In this document: positions 49,697 to 58,479 of the stretch, piece by piece
Numbering within the stretch: position 1 is the first letter of the stretch
How the letters are laid out: each line of letters begins with the position of its first letter
Assembly: GCA_002011125.2 (NCBI GenBank)
Contig: MTMF02000009.1
Coordinates: forward strand, 96,001 to 160,000
Direction of reading: 5' to 3'
Source: Candidatus Hydrothermarchaeum profundi
GTDB taxonomy: Archaea; Hydrothermarchaeota; Hydrothermarchaeia; Hydrothermarchaeales; Hydrothermarchaeaceae
Length of the DNA: 64,000 nucleotides
The notes under the pieces: generated by a model
What the model was told of the DNA's origin: nothing
The model's input: only the letters and a program-made list of their open reading frames with translations
The model's database searches: none
Position numbers and translations under genes: made by a program

Positions 49697-51379
49697 ATGC
49701 CGGGAAAAAATAATAGCCAAAAAAAAGATGCTTGTAGAGAAATGTTTGAAGCCATAGTTGATAATATAAGTGAGGGTATTATGCTCATTGATACAGACTA
49801 TACTATTAGAGAGGTAAACCCTGCGACATGTAAGATGCTTGAGCGCTCTAAGGATGAAATAATAGGAGAACCATGTTACAAAGTAAGCCATGGATTAAGC
49901 CAGCCTTGCTCAGAGAGGTGCCCACTAAGGAAAGTATTGCAAACCGGCAAGTCAGCAAAAGTGATACATGAACATTTTACTAAGGAGGGTTTTAAAATAT
50001 ATGTAGAGATAATTGCTTCCCCGATAAAAGATAAAGAAGGCAAAGTTGCTCAAATAATACAGATTTCCAAAGATATAACAGAAGACATTGTAGTAAAACT
50101 AGAGTCTGATTTACTATCTAAGGTAAATGATCTGCTAGATGCAGGAGTAAAAAGAGAGAAAGTCTTCAATATTATCACTCAAGGACTGACTTCCCTATTT
50201 GGATATAAGTTAGCAGCAATAAATCTATTGAGCGAGGACAAAAATTCACTGGTATGTAAGAGTATTTCATTGGACCCATACATAGTCGCAGAGATAGAAA
50301 GATTGACAGGGTTAAAGGCTGTAGGCTATAAGATACCCTTATTGGAAGGAAGTCCTCTAGCAAAAGTTGTAAAAACAAAAGAAGCAGTAATCGTTGATGA
50401 TATTATTAAACTTATAAAGAGTCACACAAAGGAAAAGCACCTTAGAGCTCTTGCACCTATGATAAAGAAGCTTCTTGGAATAAAGTGGGGACTCGGAGTG
50501 CCTCTGCTTGCGGGAGACAAGCTAGTAGGAAGTATAGGCGTTGGAAGCGGATGGAAGCTTACCAAGCGAGATGCCGACCGCTTGGCCCGGTTTGGTAAAC
50601 AAGCGGGCTTAGCTGTAGAAAGGGCAATGTTATATGAAGACTTGGAAAAGGCTTATGAGGAGTTAAAAAGCTTGGACGAAATTAAAACCAATATTATTTC
50701 TAATGTGAGCCATGAACTCCGCACTCCACTCACAATTGCAAAAGGGGCTATAGAGATAGCTGAAGAGGAAAATAACGAGGAAGAACGTAAAAAACTTCTT
50801 GCAATGGCCAAAGCTGCACTCATTAGGCAGAATTCAGTTATAGGAGATTTAATGGACATCTCAAAAATTTCAAAAGGCTCTTTGAAACCTCAGATAAGAA
50901 AAGTTGATCTAAAGCTGGTAATTACTTCATCAGTAAAAGAGATGGAGCCTTTGGCTCTTAAAAAGAAAATAAAAATAAAGACCTCGCTGGAAGAGGGATT
51001 ACCTGAAGTCGCTGCAGACTTTAAAGAACTTCGCCATGTTCTTATTAATCTCCTTAGCAATGCGATAAAGTTTAATAAAGAAGGAGGAAAAGTTCTAATT
51101 GAAGCGGAGAGAAAAGGAGAATTCGTTGAAGTATGTATTGCAGATACCGGCATAGGAATACCTCAAAAATACCTACCAAAGATCTTTGACAGATTCTATC
51201 AGATAGATTCGGGTGTTACTAGAAAGTATGGAGGTACCGGCTTAGGCTTAGCTATAGTTAAAGAAATCATAGAACTTTATGGAGGTCAAGTTAAAGTTGA
51301 AAGCGAAGTTGGGAAGGGAAGTAAGTTTACATTTACAGTGCCGATGTGGAAGAAGGGGAATAGTACCATATGTAAGTAA
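49697..51379 (+). CDS. Cytoplasmic PAS-GAF sensor histidine kinase
   Basis: PAS (IIGEPCY), GAF, H-box SHELRTPL, N-box NLLSNAIKF, DTGIG, GGTGLGL. Confidence 0.93.
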   Translation: MPGKNNSQKKDACREMFEAIVDNISEGIMLIDTDYTIREVNPATCKMLERSKDEIIGEPCYKVSHGLSQPCSERCPLRKVLQTGKSAKVIHEHFTKEGFKIYVEIIASPIKDKEGKVAQIIQISKDITEDIVVKLESDLLSKVNDLLDAGVKREKVFNIITQGLTSLFGYKLAAINLLSEDKNSLVCKSISLDPYIVAEIERLTGLKAVGYKIPLLEGSPLAKVVKTKEAVIVDDIIKLIKSHTKEKHLRALAPMIKKLLGIKWGLGVPLLAGDKLVGSIGVGSGWKLTKRDADRLARFGKQAGLAVERAMLYEDLEKAYEELKSLDEIKTNIISNVSHELRTPLTIAKGAIEIAEEENNEEERKKLLAMAKAALIRQNSVIGDLMDISKISKGSLKPQIRKVDLKLVITSSVKEMEPLALKKKIKIKTSLEEGLPEVAADFKELRHVLINLLSNAIKFNKEGGKVLIEAERKGEFVEVCIADTGIGIPQKYLPKIFDRFYQIDSGVTRKYGGTGLGLAIVKEIIELYGGQVKVESEVGKGSKFTFTVPMWKKGNSTICK

Positions 51380-51431
51380 ATAGAAACAAAGATAACCTTA
51401 TTTGATTATAATTTTGGTTTTCGCTACTTCA

Positions 51432-51444
51432 AGCCGAGGAGGGG
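51432..51444. repeat. att core, distal copy (duplicated tRNA-Cys 3' end)
   Basis: AGCCGAGGAGGGG identical to 62068-62080. Confidence 0.88.
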
Positions 51445-51539
51445 CCGACCGTGGCCATGTCAGAAGCCTATGCTTTTCCTGTGTTTTCCTGGTATATAAA
51501 CGTTAGGCTTTAATACCTATAAACCTATCTATTCTTATC

Positions 51540-51692
51540 ATGGCTAAGGAAAAGACCTACACGGTTTATGAGAATAAGGGGCAGCTACGGGTGACTATAC
51601 CGAGGGTGCTTGCCGATGCCTTGGGGATAAAGAAGGGCGACCAGGTGAGGTGGATAGTCGACAGAGGCGACCTAATTTTGCGCAAGGTATAG
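51540..51692 (+). CDS. AbrB/MazE/SpoVT-family DNA-binding protein (50 aa, not in the track)
   Basis: MAKEKTYTVYENKGQLRVTIPRVLADALGIKKGDQVRWIVDRGDLILRKV; GQ.RVTIP....LGI..GD pattern. Confidence 0.85.
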   Translation: MAKEKTYTVYENKGQLRVTIPRVLADALGIKKGDQVRWIVDRGDLILRKV

Positions 51693-51866
51693 GTCATCTG
51701 AGATAAATGTCGAAGCCCTAAAGCCATTAAGATGATCAAACATACTAAAATATAGAATCTACTTTATTTCATTTAACTTATGAAGAGGGTTTAGGAATGA
51801 ATCTGGTAGTAATATCACTTTTTTCATGCTCTCGTTAAGTTTAAATATTAATATAGACTCATAAAA

Positions 51867-52526
51867 ATGACCGAGCCTATGACCCTTTTACAGAAAAAAA
51901 CCCGTGAAGAAGTTATATCTGATCGCTTGCTTTTTATCTATTTGATTGATCAGGCTACAAAAAAGGGAAAAATTGAAGGTCAAAAGAAATTATTGAAACT
52001 TATTTTTTACTCCGAATATTTTATGTTAACTAGAGGTCTTAAGGGATTTAATTATAATTTTTTTAAATATATGAACGGTCCTTTTAGTAAAGAAGTTTAT
52101 GCGGATAGAGATATATTGATTGAGAACGATGTTTTAGATGATCAAGAAGGCTTTAAATTAACTGAGAAAGGTAAAAAAATCCTCAAAGTTTTCAAACCTA
52201 TTATTGAAAATAATAAACCCTTTAAGGAATTAATCGACTCTGTTGTCAACGAATTTGGAAAATTGAAGCCATGGCAGATAGAAGACTCCGCATATGACGT
52301 AAAGATTAATGGTATAAAGATCAGAGATTTGCCTTTACATTACCCGTTACTCAATAAAATTCCTACACATCAAGCTAAGTTAATTTTTGATGTAGGCGAT
52401 GAAAATTTCAAAGAAACATTTGAAATAATGACTGACAAAGAAGATTATGAATCACTTAAACAATCGATAGAAAGTGCCAGGACTGGAAGATTTTTTACGT
52501 TTGAGGAGATTTTTAAGTGTGTATAA
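51867..52526 (+). CDS. Panacea/SocA (DUF4065)-like antitoxin with RelB-like C-terminal tail
   Basis: KKLLKLIFY...F.KY.NGPFS.EVY motif; tail ESLKQSIESARTGRFFTFEEIF. Confidence 0.72.
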   Translation: MTEPMTLLQKKTREEVISDRLLFIYLIDQATKKGKIEGQKKLLKLIFYSEYFMLTRGLKGFNYNFFKYMNGPFSKEVYADRDILIENDVLDDQEGFKLTEKGKKILKVFKPIIENNKPFKELIDSVVNEFGKLKPWQIEDSAYDVKINGIKIRDLPLHYPLLNKIPTHQAKLIFDVGDENFKETFEIMTDKEDYESLKQSIESARTGRFFTFEEIFKCV

Positions 52527-52848
52527 ACCATTCTTTACTGAATATTTTAACGAAAAAATTAAAAAATGGCTGAAGAAAGATAGAAACGCGGTAATAAAGG
52601 TTAAAAAGAAGATTGAGGATGATTTGTTTTTAAGTGACCCTCAAAGAAAAGCTATTTTAATAAAAGATCCTGACCTACTTGGAATGAGAAGGACAAAGTT
52701 CAGTAATATAAGACTTTCTTTTAATATCTGCAAAGAATGTAAGGAAACCGGGGAGAAGGAAATTTATAATTGTAATTTTTGTGATCAATTACCAGAGAAT
52801 GCAATAGTGATATTTGACTTTGATTATAGGAAGAGTTTTTATAAATAA
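52519..52848 (+). CDS. RelE/ParE-fold toxin with CxxC...CxxC insert
   Basis: GTG start after GAGGAG overlapping the antitoxin end; YKP.FTE.F, GMRR.K..NIRL.F, final D.R...YK; CKEC and CNFC insert. Confidence 0.68.
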   Translation: MYKPFFTEYFNEKIKKWLKKDRNAVIKVKKKIEDDLFLSDPQRKAILIKDPDLLGMRRTKFSNIRLSFNICKECKETGEKEIYNCNFCDQLPENAIVIFDFDYRKSFYK

Positions 52849-52873
52849 TGATACAAAAGATAATAGAAAGAAT

Positions 52874-53464
52874 ATGAACTTTATAACGCTTGATATTGAA
52901 GTCGTACCAATTGATTTTGAAGATAAAATGGTCATAGATTATCTAATATCAAAGCAATTTACTGTAGGATTAAATCCACTTTTTGCTAAAATCATCGTTA
53001 TTGGATTAAAAGAGAATAAACAAGATCCTATATGTTACTACGGAGACAATGAGAAAGAGATCCTGCAAAAGTTTTGGGACTATTATTATGAAAAAAAACC
53101 CGAAAAAATAGTAACTTTCAACGGATATAAATTCGATGTTCCTTTTATTTATGTAAGATCGGCAATCAACGGATTGAAAAAGAAACCACTTATTGGGATT
53201 AATAGAAACAAATGGTATATGGAGGGTTCTAATCATTTTGACTGTATGTTGTTTCTTTCTGGAATGGAGAATTTCCAATGGGTTGCGAAAGATATTGCTT
53301 GTAAAATGTTAGGAATCTCCGTACCTGAAAATAGGTTAACCATAGATGAATTGTTACTAAATTACAGGAAGGGAAATTGGGATCCCATTATCCAATATAA
53401 CAAAGAAGATTTGACAATGACAGAACAATTGTATGAAAAATTATTGTATTTCGACATGAAATGA
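52874..53464 (+). CDS. DEDD-type 3'-5' exonuclease (PolB-exo/RNase H-like)
   Basis: Exo I LDIE, Exo II TFNG..FD.PF, Exo III YNKED. Confidence 0.82.
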   Translation: MNFITLDIEVVPIDFEDKMVIDYLISKQFTVGLNPLFAKIIVIGLKENKQDPICYYGDNEKEILQKFWDYYYEKKPEKIVTFNGYKFDVPFIYVRSAINGLKKKPLIGINRNKWYMEGSNHFDCMLFLSGMENFQWVAKDIACKMLGISVPENRLTIDELLLNYRKGNWDPIIQYNKEDLTMTEQLYEKLLYFDMK

Positions 53465-53722
53465 TGAACATGCCGAATCTTTTTATTGAATTTTTAAAAG
53501 ATTTTTTTAAGCCTCCTTAAATATTTCGAAAAACGTGTAGGCGAATTTTATCCGAATTTCAAAAACAAGATAAGCTTTCACCGTTTAACATTTGGGGTAT
53601 GAGATGTCCAAGGCATCCCCGGGTAAGCCTCTTGGTCAAGCTCTAGCTTTTCTTAGGCCTCGGCCACCTAGAAAGCGGCGAGGTTATTATACACTGCGGA
53701 GCTAAGAGAAGATAAAGGGGAA

Positions 53723-54016
53723 TTACTGAATCTCTTTGTACCAGGTAGAGGCCTTGTTAGGGTCTTCCTTCTCTTCCTGGCTTAGAACCTCGTCTAGGGC
53801 CCGGTATAGCTTGGCCGCCTCCCTCGGAGTCATGTGTATCCTTAATGGAGGAGGGCACAAAATCAGGCCGGATTTCATCTCTATTGAGGCAAGCTTCAAT
53901 ATGATCGTTCCCAGGTCTGAAGTCTCGTCCCTCTCAGCCTTTGCGTCCTCCACTTCTACAAAGATCATTTGCTCCACCATGTTACCTTCTCCTTGTACTT
54001 CATTATCTATTATCAA
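53723..54016 (-). CDS. Hypothetical protein
   Basis: GGAGGTGA SD before TTG 54016; C-terminal RIHMTPREAAKLYRAL helix, weakly DUF3467-like. Confidence 0.5.
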   Translation of the reverse strand: MIIDNEVQGEGNMVEQMIFVEVEDAKAERDETSDLGTIILKLASIEMKSGLILCPPPLRIHMTPREAAKLYRALDEVLSQEEKEDPNKASTWYKEIQ

Positions 54017-54041
54017 TTTCCTCACCTCCACTAATATCTTT

Positions 54042-54071
54042 CTACTTTATTATAAACTAATAATAAAGTAG
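54042..54071. promoter_or_regulatory. Perfect 11-bp inverted repeat operator between divergent genes
   Basis: CTACTTTATTA-N8-TAATAAAGTAG. Confidence 0.6.
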
Positions 54072-54118
54072 TAAATTATTTAAATGTTTCTATCTAAAAA
54101 CTAAGAAAGGTGATAGAA

Positions 54119-54286
54119 ATGGGGAAGAAAGAAGTAAAGAAAATCATGGTAACACTAGACATGGAGCAATACAAGCTCCTGCAAAGGCTCAAAGGCTTCG
54201 GGGTCAAGGACGCTGAAAAGCTGCGTAACGTGTTTATCGCATATCTATCTGAGAAGAGCTACCTCAAAGAGGCAAGCAAAAAATAA
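54119..54286 (+). CDS. CopG/ribbon-helix-helix regulator (55 aa, not in the track)
   Basis: MGKKEVKKIMVTLDMEQYKLLQRLKGFGVKDAEKLRNVFIAYLSEKSYLKEASKK; AGGTGA SD. Confidence 0.78.
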   Translation: MGKKEVKKIMVTLDMEQYKLLQRLKGFGVKDAEKLRNVFIAYLSEKSYLKEASKK

Positions 54287-54315
54287 AAAAAGAATCACCA
54301 CTAAAACCGATTCCT

Positions 54316-54486
54316 ATGTTTGGGAAGATACCCTCCAAGATACTCGGCCTAATACTTTCAACAATGGGCCTAGGCGTGATCCTACTTGTCCTTGCGCCAG
54401 AGATCTATGGAGAAATGGCCGACCTTGTAACAGGCATTATTGGAATAATCATCTTGCTTATAGGAATCTTCAAACTACTAAAATAA
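54316..54486 (+). CDS. Two-TM microprotein (56 aa, not in the track)
   Basis: MFGKIPSKILGLILSTMGLGVILLVLAPEIYGEMADLVTGIIGIIILLIGIFKLLK. Confidence 0.6.
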   Translation: MFGKIPSKILGLILSTMGLGVILLVLAPEIYGEMADLVTGIIGIIILLIGIFKLLK

Positions 54487-54779
54487 AGTTCCTTTTTTAC
54501 AATAATGTTTATAAAGCTATATATATTAATTAAAAAATATTTGTAAAAGGCTGTATTATGTCAAGAATAATGTAGGATAAAATTACAGAACTATAGGAAT
54601 TTGCTGGTAACAGGCTAACAGCTGAAAACCCTACTATAATATAAATATATAGTGGGCTATGGGTTCCTGCATGCTAACAAGATAAAACAATTCTATAATA
54701 TTTTGTTAACCAATGTGCCCTAGTATTTTACAAAATGGTTAACGGATAAGGCTCTTACCGTTCACTCTGGTTATTTCTT

Positions 54780-54923
54780 CTAACTTGTTAACTTGTGGAT
54801 GTAGCGTTTAACCGTGCTTGGCGAGACACCCGCCTTACGGGCGGTCGAGTGGAAGCCATAGCCCCTGCTATAGTACCTGAGGATCTCCACAAGCTGCTTG
54901 GCCGTTATGGGATGGTTGGGCAA
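54780..54923 (-). CDS. 47-aa helix-turn-helix protein (not in the track)
   Basis: MPNHPITAKQLVEILRYYSRGYGFHSTARKAGVSPSTVKRYIHKLTS; ARKAGVSPSTV recognition helix; AGGTGG SD, TTG start. Confidence 0.7.
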   Translation of the reverse strand: MPNHPITAKQLVEILRYYSRGYGFHSTARKAGVSPSTVKRYIHKLTS

Positions 54924-55051
54924 GGCTTCCCACCTTTCTTAGCCCGGCATAGCTCAGGAAACCCGATGCAATGTTTAACTCCTCCTCTGGGTGGCGTGAG
55001 CATGCAGCCCCTGCAATGGCTTGGTATCAGGCTTGGCTCACAAATCTCCAA
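54905..55051 (-). CDS. 48-aa Cys-rich microprotein
   Basis: GGTGGTGA SD then TTG; MEICEPSLIPSHCRGCMLTPPRGGVKHCIGFPELCRAKKGGKPCPTIP (6 Cys). Confidence 0.5.
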   Translation of the reverse strand: MEICEPSLIPSHCRGCMLTPPRGGVKHCIGFPELCRAKKGGKPCPTIP

Positions 55052-55058
55052 GGATATT

Positions 55059-55310
55059 TCACCACCATGCCCTAGAATGCACCAGGAAGCTAACGAGCCC
55101 TGGAGCCATGATGATCCTAGGAAGCCGTTTAAGCCGGTAACCAGTCGGCCCAGGCATGACAAGAGCAACCAGGCTTGGAGCCAGCAAGTAGTAGCATGAC
55201 AGCAGGCCAAAGGGGAAAGAAAAAGGATAGGGTGAAAGCCAAGCGAAGAACAACGAGGCCGGAAGAAGAACCCGCTTGTGTGAATGAAGGGCTACCAGGA
55301 TCGTCTTCAT
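55059..55310 (-). CDS. Hydrophobic hypothetical protein (83 aa)
   Basis: GGAGG SD and ATGA overlap with the upstream ORF; atypical composition. Confidence 0.4.
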   Translation of the reverse strand: MKTILVALHSHKRVLLPASLFFAWLSPYPFSFPFGLLSCYYLLAPSLVALVMPGPTGYRLKRLPRIIMAPGLVSFLVHSRAWW

Positions 55311-55438
55311 ATCCTCCCCTCCTTCTTCAGCTCCTTGAGCCTGGCCTTTATCTCACGCCTATACGCCTCTATCTCCCTTTTCCTCTCCTCAAGGGTAGAC
55401 GGCTTACGCTTTCTCTTGAACAACCTTGGAATCTTCAA
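55307..55438 (-). CDS. 43-aa basic coiled-coil microprotein (not in the track)
   Basis: MKIPRLFKRKRKPSTLEERKREIEAYRREIKARLKELKKEGRI; GGAGGT SD; TTGA and ATGA overlaps on both sides. Confidence 0.6.
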   Translation of the reverse strand: MKIPRLFKRKRKPSTLEERKREIEAYRREIKARLKELKKEGRI

Positions 55439-55869
55439 TTTCTATCAACCTCCCTCTTGATAAGTCTTTCAAGCCATGAAGATATCGGCCTGTACTCTTG
55501 GATCCTAGTATAGGTCTCCCTGTCAACCCTGCAGGCTACCACGAAGGGCTTACTCCTAGCATTGGTGCAGCGGATGCAGTACTTGGCGTTACCATGTCTA
55601 TCGCTGATGTCTTCTCCACATCTCAGGCAGCGTCTAAAAGTCAGAGGTTTACCGTGATTTCTGGTAGGGGTTAATCTATTTCTATTCGCTTCCTCTAAAC
55701 CTTGCCTACAGTTGCCTGTAGCTGACGAAATTTGACCTGTAGATGCAGCTTCTTCATCTTCCACGAGACACTTTGACAGCGGCGGCCTTCTTTGATGCTT
55801 TGGTTGCCATAGTAGGCCGCATTTCCTACATCGCAGCCTATTATTATGCTCGGCGAAGTCATTCTCCAC
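55435..55869 (-). CDS. Zn-finger plus RHH-like DNA-binding protein
   Basis: AGGAGG SD before GTG 55869; CRKC, CLRC...CIRC, C-terminal VVACRVDRETY...ISSWLERLI. Confidence 0.55.
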   Translation of the reverse strand: MENDFAEHNNRLRCRKCGLLWQPKHQRRPPLSKCLVEDEEAASTGQISSATGNCRQGLEEANRNRLTPTRNHGKPLTFRRCLRCGEDISDRHGNAKYCIRCTNARSKPFVVACRVDRETYTRIQEYRPISSWLERLIKREVDRN

Positions 55870-55911
55870 GGGTACCAGCCTCCTTAAGCTCCTTCTCAAA
55901 ACAGTAAAGTC

Positions 55912-57861
55912 TCATACAGCCCTCCATGTATCCGGCCCTCTGGGATTGTAAAGCTCTCCTTGAGTTTTCAGATATTGCAGGTCTCTATCCAACTGCTCAG
56001 AGTCTACGCCTTTTTCCACGGCCCAGTCTAACAAGTCTTGGGTTGTGAGGTAGTCGATCTTCTGTTTTCTACACTCTGACTCAATGAATATTTTAATCGA
56101 CCTATGTCTTTCCAGAGCCTCCTCATCCAACAAGCTTAAATCAGGCTTGTTTTCATCTTTTACATCTTTTCTATTCGGTTTAACTCGGTTCCAAGTTTCA
56201 CCGCTTCCATCACCGCTATCAGAGGATGGTTTACCCCCTAATTCGATGTTCTCGTTTTCGGTTACCGGTGTATAGATATATTTTTTTAAATCTTCATAAG
56301 CTAGTCTTGGATTTGAAAAATTGTTATTCTCTACATAACCAACCGAAACCGAATAGATGCTATTCAGCCATTCCTTGAACTCCTTTTCTCCAAATCTCTC
56401 CGCTAAACTCTGAAACCGAATCAAACCGAATTCATTACCGTTGTTTTCAGATTTCGGACTTAATTCATAGATATTCCTCCTTCCCTCCTTATCAACGTAC
56501 AAATAACCCCAGTCAACAAGCAAGTTAAGTTTCCGGTAAACATTATCCTGGCCAAGTCTTAATCCCAGTTCATTTGCCTTCTTAGTTACCTCTTTAACCG
56601 TGCCCTCCCCCGATTCTTTAACAGCTTTCAATAGCGTTTCAAACTCCTCATCAAGGCCGGTTATAGTAGGCTTGATCGAGTTGAGTATTGCAGACCTCAC
56701 GATCCTATAGTCCGCGAAAGTAGCGACCAGGTACTCCTCTCCCTCAATCTCTATAATGGGCCTATTCCTCTGATGCAGCAAAGCACAGGCCTGTATCAAG
56801 GCGCCTATCTTCCGAAAGTCTCTTCTAATCCTAACGTCCTGCTTTGGTATAGTCTCCTTAAGGACCCCCATATAGGGCACGAGAACCCTGTAAGGCTTCA
56901 GCGATTTCAGGGCATAGCGGATAACCCTTAGCTCTTCATCACTATTATTAGATGAACCTGGGAACATAAAGTCTCTAGCCTCGAACTCCAGTATCCTCTC
57001 GGTTTGTTCTTTAGATTCATCTAGGGTTATCGTCCACACCCTAGTTTTGAGCTCAGGATCGATTTTTTTCTCCACCTGGGTTGTAATGAAAACAGGCTTG
57101 CCCACGGTCTCGATCTCTTGGGTCTCAAGCCTCCCGTCCTCTGTCTTAACATTTGTAAGCAGCCTCAGTTTGCCCTCGGATATCCATTGTCTTAGGATCT
57201 CCACAGCCTCTTTGGCTCCCACTCCCTCACCAATCCACAGAATTTTACCGGTGATATCCTTGCCGATCCTATCAAGTGCCTTTTCTGTCACCCTAGTGTA
57301 GTATAAAACATCTTCTTCGAAGAGGCACTTGATATTGTTTACAAGATATGATTTGCCTGTACTGCTTTGAGCCAACAGGAAGCACGCCTGCGGATCAGTA
57401 TTCTTGGTTAAAAAGATAAGAAACAGCAGCAGCTTATTTTGGTCTTCTCCGACTATCTTTTTATCCAAGTACTCCTTGATTTCTCTTAGAATATAGGGAT
57501 CGTCTAGCAGTTCTTCGGCTTTGGCTTCGATCCAGTCGTCAACGTCCTCACTTTCTCCGGTGCTCTTGTTTTTTGTTTTGAATATCTGATTATACTCTGC
57601 AATTATTTCCCTTGCAATTCTTTCAGCCTCTTTTCCTCCTTCACGGCCTTTGAGGTCGAAAAGACTTTTTAAAATCTTCCGGAATTTATCTTGTACTGAG
57701 GGACGGGAGATATCGCCTAGGACGGTTTCGCCATGGACGATTTTATCCTCTTCGCCTCGGGTTACTTCGAAGGTGAACTTACCGTTGCTGTTCCAGTACC
57801 AAACTGAAAAATCTCCAAAGCTATACTCGGCTGCACCCCTATATCTTTCGCTAAGCGTCAT
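55912..57861 (-). CDS. MCM-like AAA+ replicative helicase / replication protein
   Basis: Walker A-like AQSSTGKS, Walker B-like ILWIGE, ELKTR Arg finger, RIRRD sensor-2-like, internal wHTH, MCM-type C-terminal WH (LKTQGELYNPR). Confidence 0.72.
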   Translation of the reverse strand: MTLSERYRGAAEYSFGDFSVWYWNSNGKFTFEVTRGEEDKIVHGETVLGDISRPSVQDKFRKILKSLFDLKGREGGKEAERIAREIIAEYNQIFKTKNKSTGESEDVDDWIEAKAEELLDDPYILREIKEYLDKKIVGEDQNKLLLFLIFLTKNTDPQACFLLAQSSTGKSYLVNNIKCLFEEDVLYYTRVTEKALDRIGKDITGKILWIGEGVGAKEAVEILRQWISEGKLRLLTNVKTEDGRLETQEIETVGKPVFITTQVEKKIDPELKTRVWTITLDESKEQTERILEFEARDFMFPGSSNNSDEELRVIRYALKSLKPYRVLVPYMGVLKETIPKQDVRIRRDFRKIGALIQACALLHQRNRPIIEIEGEEYLVATFADYRIVRSAILNSIKPTITGLDEEFETLLKAVKESGEGTVKEVTKKANELGLRLGQDNVYRKLNLLVDWGYLYVDKEGRRNIYELSPKSENNGNEFGLIRFQSLAERFGEKEFKEWLNSIYSVSVGYVENNNFSNPRLAYEDLKKYIYTPVTENENIELGGKPSSDSGDGSGETWNRVKPNRKDVKDENKPDLSLLDEEALERHRSIKIFIESECRKQKIDYLTTQDLLDWAVEKGVDSEQLDRDLQYLKTQGELYNPRGPDTWRAV

Positions 57862-58119
57862 TTCCCCTCTCCTCCTATGATCCGTATGCCGTGAAAAGGC
57901 ACGATCTCAATCAGCCCGGCCTCTTCAAGCTCCCTCAACAGTCTTTTGGCATCCGCCTTAGGTAAGTGATACTTCCATGCTAGCAAGCGAAAAACCTCAG
58001 GGAACCGGACTATGCCACCGCTAGTGCGGGGCAGCTTTTTAAGGTCCTCGAGAATCCGGTAGTGTAGAACTGTTAGGGGGTTTTCCTTCGTCTTTATGAG
58101 TTAGCAACGTGCTACACAT
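57858..58119 (-). pseudogene. Small wHTH protein interrupted by a +1 frameshift (pseudogene, assembly error or recoding)
   Basis: GGAGGTGA SD plus ATG 58119 gives 26 aa; the +1 frame after the C5 run gives LTVLHYRILEDL...LRELEEAGLIEIVPFHGIRI, whose TGA overlaps the helicase ATG. Confidence 0.65.
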
Positions 58120-58184
58120 TCTTGATCACCTCCTGAACCTCCTTCGCTCGGTGGTGCTGGCCCCTCCCCACTGGGGCCTCCTCT

Positions 58185-58373
58185 TCAGCTTCTCTGAGCC
58201 AGCTGGCTAGAAGTGACCTCACCCTTTCCACAGTCATCGCCCTCCCTAATCGGCTTAAGTGATACTAGATAAACCCCTCCTAAGTCAACCATTTCAAATA
58301 AGGCGAAGGGCACGTTTATGACCCGTTTATTCCCCATTTTTGCGATTTTTCCCTTGAATTTCACAGTCGTCAT
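58185..58373 (-). CDS. AbrB/SpoVT-like small DNA-binding protein
   Basis: FKGKIAKMGNKRVINVP swapped-hairpin pattern; first gene of the leftward operon. Confidence 0.65.
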   Translation of the reverse strand: MTTVKFKGKIAKMGNKRVINVPFALFEMVDLGGVYLVSLKPIREGDDCGKGEVTSSQLAQRS

Positions 58374-58457
58374 CTTTTACCACAACCTTTTATATGTTAA
58401 CTTTCTATTATACACGTATGGAATCATCTATGTATGTTTACCATTTAAATAAGTTTC

Positions 58458-58479
58458 CATTACGTATTCATTACGTATT
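58458..58479. promoter_or_regulatory. Tandem 11-bp direct repeat in the divergent promoter region
   Basis: CATTACGTATT twice, head to tail, each with a TACGTA palindromic core. Confidence 0.55.

Noticed and set aside
49697-51379. Histidine kinase as part of the mobile element
   Set aside because: It lies outside the att repeat at 51432 and has host-like composition
54829-54846. GC-rich hairpin CCGCC-TTACG-GGCGG as a rolling-circle origin
   Set aside because: It lies within the coding sequence of the 47-aa HTH gene (TARKAG), and no HUH Rep protein is present
54795-55513. Plus-strand ORFs of 134 aa and 112 aa
   Set aside because: Antisense shadows of the SD-supported minus-strand micro-ORF chain
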